DNA of 64,000 nucleotides, taken from assembly GCA_963695225.1 (NCBI GenBank), contig OY968762.1, positions 2,656,001 through 2,720,000 of the forward strand. Direction: 5' to 3'. This document shows, piece by piece, positions 25,440 to 33,700 of this stretch (its first letter is position 1; each line of letters starts with the position of its first letter). The notes beneath the pieces are model-generated. The model worked only from the letters and a program-made list of their open reading frames with translations, did no database searches and had not been told where the DNA came from. The DNA comes from Vulcanimicrobiota bacterium (GTDB lineage: Bacteria > Vulcanimicrobiota > Vulcanimicrobiia > Vulcanimicrobiales > Vulcanimicrobiaceae). The translations under genes and the position numbers were made by a program.

Positions 25440-28319
25440 ATGTTCCTAAGGAGGAGGGACCATCCAACGTTGACTCGGAGCGGGGCGCGGCGCGATCTAT
25501 CGGCCGTGGTTCTAGTCCTGATCGGTTTCGCATTGGCCGCACCGGTGGCGTGGTCGACGGCGACTCTCGTTCGTGGGCAAGACTCCGTCATCGCGGCCCG
25601 CAGTTTCGAGATTCGAGCGATCGACCGCGAGGAACTGACGTTCCGGCTGCTCGCGCGCCTCGCGGCCTATAAACTGGGGACCATCCCTGCGGACCGGGCC
25701 GCGGCCGCTTTCGAGCGGGATCTGACGGCCTACGAGACCAGCCTCTCCGACATGAAGCTGGACCGCCCGGAAGATTCGGTGCTGCAAGTACGCCGCTTCT
25801 GGAACGTGGAGCGGCACGATCCGGCTCGCGCCCTCCCGCGGACGAGCCGCCAGCTCCTCCACCTCCAAGATATGATCGCGGAGTATTACTCGTTCGGGTA
25901 CGGCGATCCGGGACGCCGTACGGATCTGATCACGCTGTATATGTCGGACCTGCCCGGTGCGCAGGAGGAGTTGGTCCAGGCATCGCGCATCGCGCTCGGC
26001 GCGCCGGACGGCCCTCTCTCGCAGGCGCTGAGCGTCGAGCTCGCCCGGCACTTGAGCAAGCACGAGTTCGAAAGCAACTCCGGCCGCGTCGACCTCGAGT
26101 TGAGCAGCGCGAAGTACGGGGAGGCCGGGGCCGCAGTCTACTCTACCGGCACGGCCGCCCTACGGCGCATGGCGCCCTTGGACCGAGAACTCGACCGGCT
26201 CAGCACGGGCGTCCCGCTGAACGCACCGGACCGCCTCAACATCCGGGGGGAGGTGCAAGCGGTGCTCGCGGACGTGGCGCTCGCCCAGCAGCGGGCCGCC
26301 TCGGTCCTCCGGGCCGATCTGAACGGCGAGATCGACGCCGCCCGCGGGCGGCGCGTCCAGTACGGCGCGTTCGGCCTCGTCGGCGCGCTGATCGGCCTCG
26401 CGATCGTGCTCTTGATCGCGCGCTTCCAACGGGAGCGCTACGGCCGCCATCTGGCGCTGGTGACCAAGGAGAAGATCGTTCTCCAATCCGAGCTCGCGCG
26501 GCGAGAGGCCGAGCAGGCTCGCATGCTGACCGAGGCGCAGTTCCGAACCGTCTTCGAGAACGCGCAGCTCGGGATCGTCATCTTCGACGAACTGGGCGGC
26601 GTGCGCGACGCAAGCCCTTCGTTGCGGCGCATGATCGGCGATCGCGTCGGCGAGGTCGTCCCGACGGGTTCCGAGCAGTTTCTCGAGTTGATGCAGGGGA
26701 CGCGTGCGTCCTACCGATTCGAGGCCGAGATCGAGCGGCCGAACGGCGAACTGATGGCGATGGACGTAACGGTCTCGCGCGTCGGCGGCGCCGGCGCTCA
26801 TACGATCGCCATGGCGATCGTCGAGGACGTCACCGAGGAGAAGCAGGCGCGGCGGCGCCTCGAATACGAGGCGACGCACGACGGTTTGACCGGCCTGCCG
26901 AACCGGCTTGCGTTCATCGCGGAGCTCGACTCCGTCATCGCCGAGAGCCGCCGTAGCGGCGCGACCGATTACGTCGTCCTGTTCATCGACGTCAACCACT
27001 TCAAGGCGATCAACGACAGTTACGGGCACCAAGCGGGCGATTCCGTGCTCGAGCAGACCTCGAAAAGGCTGCTCGGCGCCGTTCGGCCCGGGGATCTGGT
27101 CGCGCGGTTACACGGCGACGAGTTCGCCGTGCTGCTGCGCGGAGTCACGAACGCCTCCGACGCGCGCGCCGTCGCGTATCGGGTGCAGCGCGACATCTGC
27201 AACACGATCACGGTCGACCGCGTCGCGATCGGCGTCACGACGAGCATGGGCATGGCGATGGCGAGCCTGCACTACCGCCGCGGCGAGGAATTGATCCGTG
27301 ACGCCGACACCGCGATGTACGAAGGGAAGGTCGGCGCGACGACCGAGCCGATGCTGTTCGACGAATCGATGCACGAGCGCGCGCGCCACAAGGTCCGGCT
27401 CCTGAGCGACATTCGCCGAGCCGTCGACGCGGGGGAATTCCGCGTCGTCTACCAGCCGATCGTCTCGCTCGAGGACGGCGGCCTCGTCGGTTTCGAGGCG
27501 TTACTGCGCTGGTCGCACCCCGTGCTGGGGGAGATCAGCCCCGACCGCTTCATCCCGCTGGCCGAGGAATCGAAGGCGATCTTCGACCTCGGCCGCTTCG
27601 TCATGGAGGAGGCGGTCCTGCAGCTTTCGCGTTGGGACGCGACGGTGCACGGCTATGCCCCGTTCACGATGAACATCAACATCTCGGCGCTTCAGGTCGC
27701 GAACGGCAGCGCCTCGCGCGATCTCGAGCGCATCTTGCGCTCTCTCGGCGTCCCCGCGGAACAGGTCGCGCTCGAAATCACGGAATCCCTCCTGCTCGGG
27801 AGCGACAAGGATGCGGCGATGACGCTGCGCGAGGTGCAGGCGATCGGGGCGCGGCTCTGCGTCGACGATTTCGGCATCGGGTACTCGTCACTGCGTTACC
27901 TCAACGAGTTTCCGATCAATTCGCTCAAGCTGGACCGTTCGTTCGTGAGCGGCGCGAAAGGCGGGATCGCGAACGAGCCGATCGTCAAGATGATCCTGAA
28001 CCTCGCCGCTTCGCTGAATCTGACGGTCGTCGGCGAGGGCATCGAAACGGAGGCGCAGCGCGCCGCCTTGCTGCAGATGGGCTGCACGCACGGGCAGGGG
28101 TGGCTCTACTCGAAGGCGCTCTCCGCAGCGGAACTCGGCCCGATGATCAATCTCCGCCTCGCAACGGGGAAGAAGGTTCCCGCGCGCGATCCCAACACCC
28201 GGGCGATCGTCGGGTCGCACGTCCCTTGGAACATTCCGGCGGAGGAATTGGCGCGCGTGGTGATCTCGCCCGAATTCGAACGCGACATCGTCCTGCGCCG
28301 CGTGCGGCTCGCGGGCTAG
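25440..28319 (+). CDS. Membrane-anchored sensor PAS-GGDEF-EAL c-di-GMP protein
   Basis: Two TM helices around a periplasmic region; PAS (FRTVFENA..EDVTE); HDGLTGLPNR, RLHGDEF; FEALLRW, LEITES, DDFGIGYSS, KLDRSFV. Confidence 0.92.
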   Translation: MFLRRRDHPTLTRSGARRDLSAVVLVLIGFALAAPVAWSTATLVRGQDSVIAARSFEIRAIDREELTFRLLARLAAYKLGTIPADRAAAAFERDLTAYETSLSDMKLDRPEDSVLQVRRFWNVERHDPARALPRTSRQLLHLQDMIAEYYSFGYGDPGRRTDLITLYMSDLPGAQEELVQASRIALGAPDGPLSQALSVELARHLSKHEFESNSGRVDLELSSAKYGEAGAAVYSTGTAALRRMAPLDRELDRLSTGVPLNAPDRLNIRGEVQAVLADVALAQQRAASVLRADLNGEIDAARGRRVQYGAFGLVGALIGLAIVLLIARFQRERYGRHLALVTKEKIVLQSELARREAEQARMLTEAQFRTVFENAQLGIVIFDELGGVRDASPSLRRMIGDRVGEVVPTGSEQFLELMQGTRASYRFEAEIERPNGELMAMDVTVSRVGGAGAHTIAMAIVEDVTEEKQARRRLEYEATHDGLTGLPNRLAFIAELDSVIAESRRSGATDYVVLFIDVNHFKAINDSYGHQAGDSVLEQTSKRLLGAVRPGDLVARLHGDEFAVLLRGVTNASDARAVAYRVQRDICNTITVDRVAIGVTTSMGMAMASLHYRRGEELIRDADTAMYEGKVGATTEPMLFDESMHERARHKVRLLSDIRRAVDAGEFRVVYQPIVSLEDGGLVGFEALLRWSHPVLGEISPDRFIPLAEESKAIFDLGRFVMEEAVLQLSRWDATVHGYAPFTMNINISALQVANGSASRDLERILRSLGVPAEQVALEITESLLLGSDKDAAMTLREVQAIGARLCVDDFGIGYSSLRYLNEFPINSLKLDRSFVSGAKGGIANEPIVKMILNLAASLNLTVVGEGIETEAQRAALLQMGCTHGQGWLYSKALSAAELGPMINLRLATGKKVPARDPNTRAIVGSHVPWNIPAEELARVVISPEFERDIVLRRVRLAG

Positions 28320-28370
28320 AGCGCTGCCGGCCCCGCCGGGGAAGGGCGCGCGCTTCGCGAAGGCGCCCGC

Positions 28371-29162
28371 ATGAGTGAGACGATCGTTCGCAGCGAGCGT
28401 GACGGCATCCTGACGCTCGCGCTCAACCGCCCGGAGAAGCTCAACGCATTCAACGGCGAGATGACGGCCGCCCTGATCGAGGCGCTCGATCTGGCCGAGC
28501 GTTCGGCCTCGGTGCGCGTCGTGATCCTGGCCGGGACGGGGCGCGGCTTCTCGGCGGGGCAGGATCTCGAAGAGTTCGCGCGGCGCGCCGCGAGCCCGGA
28601 GCGCATGCCGATCGCCGAACATCTGCGGACCGGGTACAACGTCGCGGTGACGCGATTGCGAGCGATCGAGAAGCCGGTGATCGCGGCGTTGAACGGGATC
28701 GCGGCGGGCGTCGGATTGTCGCTCGCGCTCTCGTGCGACCTGCGGGTCGCGGCGGACGACGCGCTGTTGACGCTCGGATTCTCGCGCATCGGGCTGATCC
28801 CCGACGGCGGCGCGAGCTTCATGCTTCCGCTCCTCGCCGGGTTCGGGCGCGGGCTCGAGCTCGCGCTGACGAGCGCGCGCATCGACGCGCGCGAAGCGCA
28901 CCGCATCGGGCTCGTCAATCGCGTCGTCCCCGCGGCGGACCTGGCGAGCGCGGCGGAGGCGCTCGCGGCGGAACTCGCGGCGCTTCCGGCTTCCGCGCTC
29001 GCGCTGACGAAACGGGCCTTCAACCGTTCCGTCCTCGCCGGGTACGGGGCGTGGCTTGAGGAAGAAGCAGAACTCCAAGAGCTCGCGGCGGCCGACCCCG
29101 ATCACGCCGAAGGCGTCCGCGCCTTCCTGGAGAAGCGCGCGCCCGAGTTCGGCCGGCGATGA
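28371..29162 (+). CDS. Enoyl-CoA hydratase/isomerase (PaaG-like)
   Basis: LNRPEKLNA, FSAGQDL, KPVIAALNG.AAGVG, IGLIPDGG, EGVRAFLEKR. Confidence 0.9.
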   Translation: MSETIVRSERDGILTLALNRPEKLNAFNGEMTAALIEALDLAERSASVRVVILAGTGRGFSAGQDLEEFARRAASPERMPIAEHLRTGYNVAVTRLRAIEKPVIAALNGIAAGVGLSLALSCDLRVAADDALLTLGFSRIGLIPDGGASFMLPLLAGFGRGLELALTSARIDAREAHRIGLVNRVVPAADLASAAEALAAELAALPASALALTKRAFNRSVLAGYGAWLEEEAELQELAAADPDHAEGVRAFLEKRAPEFGRR

Positions 29163-29932
29163 ACGACCCGTTCGATCTCACCGGGCGCGTCGCGCTGATC
29201 ACCGGTTCCTCGCGCGGGATCGGCTTCGCGATCGCGCGCGCCTTCGCGCGGCGCGGAGCGCGCGTGGTCATCTCGAGCCGGAAGGCCGATGCCTGCGAAC
29301 GGGCGCGCGCGTCGATCGAGGCGGAAGGGGGCGAAGCGATCGCCGTACCGTGCAACGTGACCGACAAGGCCGCGCTGCGGGCACTCGTCGAGACGGCGCA
29401 GGCGCGGCTCGGCCCGCTCGACGCGCTCGTCTGCAACGCCGCGGCGAACCCGTATTACGGCCCGCTCGCCGGGATCAGCGACGAAGCCTACGACCGCACG
29501 ATGAACACGAACGTGCGCAGCAACGTTTGGCTGTGCAATCTCGCGATCCCCGGGATGGCCGCGAACGGCGGCGGCGCCGTCATCATCCTCTCCTCGATCG
29601 CCGGGCTCGTGGGTTCGCGGATGCTCGGCACCTACGCGCTCTCGAAGGCCGCCGACGCCCAACTCGCGCGCAACCTCGCGGTCGAATGGGGGCACGCGAA
29701 CGTGCGCGTCAATTGCATCGCCCCCGGCATCATCAAGACCGATTTTGCGAAGGCGCTGTACGACGATCCGGCGCTTTACGCGGCCGCCGTCGCGCAGTCG
29801 CCGCTCGGACGTCTGGGCGAAGTCGAAGACGTCGCGGGCGCCGCCGTCTTCCTCGCCGCGCGCGCGGGTGCGTTCGTCACCGGGCAGACGATCGTCATCG
29901 ACGGCGGCACGACGATCGGCGGCTTCGATTGA
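29159..29932 (+). CDS. SDR family oxidoreductase (DHRS4-like)
   Basis: TGSSRGIG, VCNAAANP, YALSK, NCIAPG. Confidence 0.9.
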   Translation: MNDPFDLTGRVALITGSSRGIGFAIARAFARRGARVVISSRKADACERARASIEAEGGEAIAVPCNVTDKAALRALVETAQARLGPLDALVCNAAANPYYGPLAGISDEAYDRTMNTNVRSNVWLCNLAIPGMAANGGGAVIILSSIAGLVGSRMLGTYALSKAADAQLARNLAVEWGHANVRVNCIAPGIIKTDFAKALYDDPALYAAAVAQSPLGRLGEVEDVAGAAVFLAARAGAFVTGQTIVIDGGTTIGGFD

Positions 29933-29933
29933 G

Positions 29934-30500
29934 CTACGGGAGCGAGTCTGCGCGTTGCTCGGCTTGCCAGCGCGGCGCGATCGTGGCGTAGAGCGCCACG
30001 TCGCGAAAGCGGCCGTGCAGGATCTCCGCTTCCTGGAGCATGCCCTCGTAGCGGTATCCGAGCTTTTCGGCGACTGCCCGGCTGCGCTCGTTCTCGCGGA
30101 CGACGCGGATCTCGAGGCGGTGCAACCCCAGTTGGTTGAAGCCGGCGTCCGTCAGGAAGCGCGCCACGAGGTGCATGACGCCCCGGCCGCGAGCGGGCGG
30201 GATGAGGAAGTAGCCGACGCGCGCGTTGAGCGCGACCTGGTCGATCGCGTGGATCCCGGCGGCGCCGACGATGCGCCCGTCCTCGCGGATCGCGAAGTCG
30301 TAGGCTTGCGCCTGCGCCGTCTGACGCTCCAGAAACTGAGCGTGCCGCTTGACGTCCATCAGCGAGCGCGTCGCGTCGACCCAAGGGAGCCACGTGCGCA
30401 GATCGTCGCGATGTGCGTCGATCACGCCGAACATCTCGAGGGCGTCGCTCGGGTGTCTCGGGACGAGGGAGATCCGCTCGGTGACGGCGAGCGCCTTCAT
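29934..30500 (-). CDS. RimJ/RimL-family GNAT N-acetyltransferase
   Basis: LRTWLPW, VGYFL...ARGRGVM, NERSRAVAEKLGY.YEG. Confidence 0.88.
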   Translation of the reverse strand: MKALAVTERISLVPRHPSDALEMFGVIDAHRDDLRTWLPWVDATRSLMDVKRHAQFLERQTAQAQAYDFAIREDGRIVGAAGIHAIDQVALNARVGYFLIPPARGRGVMHLVARFLTDAGFNQLGLHRLEIRVVRENERSRAVAEKLGYRYEGMLQEAEILHGRFRDVALYATIAPRWQAEQRADSLP

Positions 30501-30592
30501 GGTTTCCTGAGCTTCTGCCGAGCTTCGGCCGAGCCTCCCCCGTGCGAGCGCGCGCCAAGGGATGGCGACCTTGCGTGCGATATTTTCGCGGC

Positions 30593-31270
30593 ATGACGCA
30601 TGCCGTACGTTTCCGCCTAACCGCCGTCGCGGCGTTTCTCTCGGCTTTCGGCCTACTGTCGGCGGGAAGCCCCCGGGCCCAGGCGTCCGACGTGCTGTTG
30701 ACGCAATTCGCGCAAGCGGTCGCCGGAGTCGCCGACTACACGGTTTCGATCACCACGCATGAGGTGAAGGGGACGGACGTCCGGGATAACGTGTACCACT
30801 ATTGGTTCAAGAAGCCGGCGCTCGCGAAGATCGAGACGGTCAGCGGCCGCGGGCGCGGAAGCGCCGCGGTCTGGCACGGCGGCGACACGGTGAGCGGGCA
30901 TCAGGGCGGCATCCTTTCCATCATCAAGCTGACGGTCGGGATCCACGACGGGAAGGCCGTTTCGCTGCGCGGCGATACGATCGATTCGGCGTCGTTCCCC
31001 GCGCAACTCGAGCACTTCCGCACGACCAAGGGCGAACTCGCGGAAGGCCCCGGCCCCGCGATCGCGGGCGCGCCCACGGAGACGCTGACGCTCAAGCCGG
31101 CCGACCCCGTCGCGAACGGGGACGTCTCACGCGACGTGCTGTTTCTTTCGAACGCGACGCACTTGCCGGTCCGTCGCGAGCGCTACGAGGGCGACAAGCT
31201 CGTGAAGCAGGAAGATTTTACCGAACTGAAGCTCAACGTGGGCCTCAAGGACGGCGATTTCTCGTTATGA
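30593..31270 (+). CDS. Secreted LolA-like (lipoprotein carrier fold) protein
   Basis: Signal peptide; Y.FKKP...KIE and C-terminal LKLNVGL.D.DF pattern. Confidence 0.6.
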   Translation: MTHAVRFRLTAVAAFLSAFGLLSAGSPRAQASDVLLTQFAQAVAGVADYTVSITTHEVKGTDVRDNVYHYWFKKPALAKIETVSGRGRGSAAVWHGGDTVSGHQGGILSIIKLTVGIHDGKAVSLRGDTIDSASFPAQLEHFRTTKGELAEGPGPAIAGAPTETLTLKPADPVANGDVSRDVLFLSNATHLPVRRERYEGDKLVKQEDFTELKLNVGLKDGDFSL

Positions 31271-31542
31271 TCACCGCGTTCGTCATGTTCACCGTCGTTC
31301 CGGGGCAAGTCGGCGCGCTCTCGGAGCGTCTGCTCGAGATCCCCGGCATCAAGGAAGTCTACAGCGTCGCCGGCCCGTACGATCTCGTCGCGATCGCGCG
31401 CGTGAAGGAGCACGAAGCGCTCAGCGATCTCGTGACCGAACACGTCGCGAAGCTCGACGGGATCGTGAGCACGGAAACGCTGATCGCGTTCCGCGCCTTC
31501 TCGCGCAAAGATCTCGGGCTGATCTGGGACATCGGAACCTAG
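31267..31542 (+). CDS. Stand-alone Lrp/AsnC ligand-binding (RAM) domain protein
   Basis: MITAFV..., EVYSVAGPYDLVAI, GIVSTETLIAF; ATGA overlap. Confidence 0.85.
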   Translation: MITAFVMFTVVPGQVGALSERLLEIPGIKEVYSVAGPYDLVAIARVKEHEALSDLVTEHVAKLDGIVSTETLIAFRAFSRKDLGLIWDIGT

Positions 31543-32561
31543 AACGTTCCGAGGCGGAGTTGCGCGCGCTCTTCGAGGTACTCGGCGTCGACGCCTAACT
31601 TGCGCAGGCGGCCGGCGAAACTGCGCCCGCCGTGGTTGAGAAGCACTCTGCGCGGTTGCGCGAGCTCGACATAGCGCAGCAGCGACGGGTAATCGGCGTG
31701 ATCGGAGAGCGGGAAACCGGCATCCGTTCCGGCTCCGAAGCCGCGCGGACGGTCGCCGGCCACCCACCCCGTCAACGAGGCGGTGCGCACCGCGCCGCGT
31801 AGCGCGGTGCGCGGGAGGAAGCTCGAGGGCGGCCAGACGAGCGCCCGCGCGCCCGCGAACGTCGCTGCGTCGTGCTTTTCGTAGGGCGGCATCGCCACCC
31901 CGGATTCTTCGTACACGCGCGTCATGGCGCAGATCGCGGGATGCGCGGTCAACGGGATGCCGGCGTTGCCGAGGATCGCGAGCGCTTCTTGCGCCTTTCC
32001 GAGCGAATAGGCGAAGAAGACGGGCGTCGCGCCGTCCTCGAGCGCACGCCGCGCCCAGGCGACCATCGCGGCGGCGACTTCGGAGCGCGGCGGGAAGGCG
32101 TACCGGGGATCGCCGTAGGTGCATTCCATCAGCAGCACGTCGCAGCGCTTGACTTCCGCCGCTTCCGCCGTGAAGCTCGCCTCGAGCTTGAAATCCCCGG
32201 TATAGACGAAGCGTCCGCGCTCCCCTTCGATCGCGAGCTGCGCGCTGCCGAGGACGTGCCCCGCCGGGAACAGCGTCAAGCGATGTTCGCCGTGCTCCCA
32301 CGGTTCGTTGAACGCGTGCTCCTCGAAGGAACACGGCGCCGTCCGCCGGCGGCGCGGCAGCAACTCCGGTTCCGGCGCTTTCCGGACGCCCAGGCGCAAG
32401 CGGCACACGGCGGCATTGTTTCGCGAGGTGACGATCGTCGCATGGCGGCGCGCGTGGTCCGAATGCCCGTGCGAGACGAAGCAGCGCTCGCGCGCACGCA
32501 TCGAATCGATCCACAGGTCGAGCGCTTCGACGTACAGCGATCTCTCGCGCAGGGAGAACAT
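31539..32561 (-). CDS. MBL/beta-CASP exonuclease (ligase-associated DNA damage response type)
   Basis: SHGHSDH, AGHVLGSAQ, YTGDFK, MECTYG, YSLGKAQE, LSDHAD. Confidence 0.85.
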   Translation of the reverse strand: MFSLRERSLYVEALDLWIDSMRARERCFVSHGHSDHARRHATIVTSRNNAAVCRLRLGVRKAPEPELLPRRRRTAPCSFEEHAFNEPWEHGEHRLTLFPAGHVLGSAQLAIEGERGRFVYTGDFKLEASFTAEAAEVKRCDVLLMECTYGDPRYAFPPRSEVAAAMVAWARRALEDGATPVFFAYSLGKAQEALAILGNAGIPLTAHPAICAMTRVYEESGVAMPPYEKHDAATFAGARALVWPPSSFLPRTALRGAVRTASLTGWVAGDRPRGFGAGTDAGFPLSDHADYPSLLRYVELAQPRRVLLNHGGRSFAGRLRKLGVDAEYLEERAQLRLGTF

Positions 32562-32643
32562 TGGAAAGGCGTTGCGGCGCAACGCTCGGGGCGGCCTGCC
32601 GGTTATGGGGGGCACGTCCGCCGCTCGTTGAGGGAGATGACCG

Positions 32644-33606
32644 ATGGCGCGAATCTATGACAATATCGTCGATACGTTCGGAAACACGCCCCTCGTAAAG
32701 ATCCCACGGTTGAACAAGGGCCTGCCGGGGACGGTTCTCGTGAAGATGGAGTCGTTCAACCCGGCCGGAAGCGTCAAGGACCGCATCGGCGTCGCGATGA
32801 TCGAAGCCGCCGAGCGCGACGGCCGACTGCGGCCCGACACCGTGATCGTCGAACCGACGAGCGGGAATACCGGCATCGCGCTCGCGTTCGTCGCGGCGGC
32901 GAAGGGCTATCCGATCGTACTGACGATGCCCGAAACGATGACGGTCGAGCGGCGCAACTTGCTCAAGGCCTACGGCGCGCAACTCGTGCTGACGCCGGGC
33001 GCCGAGGGGATGCCCGGGGCGATCAGGCGTGCGAAAGAGATTCACGATAGCGACCCCGGCAAGTACTTCATGCCGCAGCAGTTCGAGAATCCGTCGAATC
33101 CGGAAATCCATCGCCGCACGACGGCCGAAGAGATCTGGCGCGATACGGACGGAAACGTCGATGCGATCGTCGTCGCGGTCGGAACGGGCGGGACGATCAC
33201 CGGCGTCGGCGAGGTGCTCAAGGCGCGCCGCCCGAGCTTCCGCGCGATCGCCGTCGAGCCGGACGCCTCTCCCGTCCTTTCGGGCGGTAAGCCGGGGCCG
33301 CACAAGATCCAGGGGACCGGCGCCGGGTTCGTGCCGGCGGTCCTCAACACGTCGGTCTACGACGAGATCGTTCGCGTGACGAACGAGGATGCGATCGCGA
33401 CGGCGCGGCGGCTGGCGCGCGAAGAAGGGATGCTCGTCGGCATCTCGGCGGGTGCGAACGTTTGGGCGGCGCTGCACGTCGCGGCTCGTCCGGAATTCGC
33501 CGGAAAGACGATCGTGACGATCGGCTGCGACACCGGCGAGCGTTACCTCTCGAACCCGGTCTTCGCCGAACAGGAAGCGAACGTCGTCGAACCCGCGCTG
33601 GCCTAG
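32644..33606 (+). CDS. cysK: Cysteine synthase A
   Basis: [16 protein letters not shown] (PLP Lys), [25 protein letters not shown]. Confidence 0.95.
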   Translation: MARIYDNIVDTFGNTPLVKIPRLNKGLPGTVLVKMESFNPAGSVKDRIGVAMIEAAERDGRLRPDTVIVEPTSGNTGIALAFVAAAKGYPIVLTMPETMTVERRNLLKAYGAQLVLTPGAEGMPGAIRRAKEIHDSDPGKYFMPQQFENPSNPEIHRRTTAEEIWRDTDGNVDAIVVAVGTGGTITGVGEVLKARRPSFRAIAVEPDASPVLSGGKPGPHKIQGTGAGFVPAVLNTSVYDEIVRVTNEDAIATARRLAREEGMLVGISAGANVWAALHVAARPEFAGKTIVTIGCDTGERYLSNPVFAEQEANVVEPALA

Positions 33607-33700
33607 CGAGCGCGGGATTTGGGGGAACGGCGAGGAGATGCGGCACCGCGGGCACTAACCGATTGAAACCGGGGTACGCTCCGCTGCTAAAAGGAAATAG

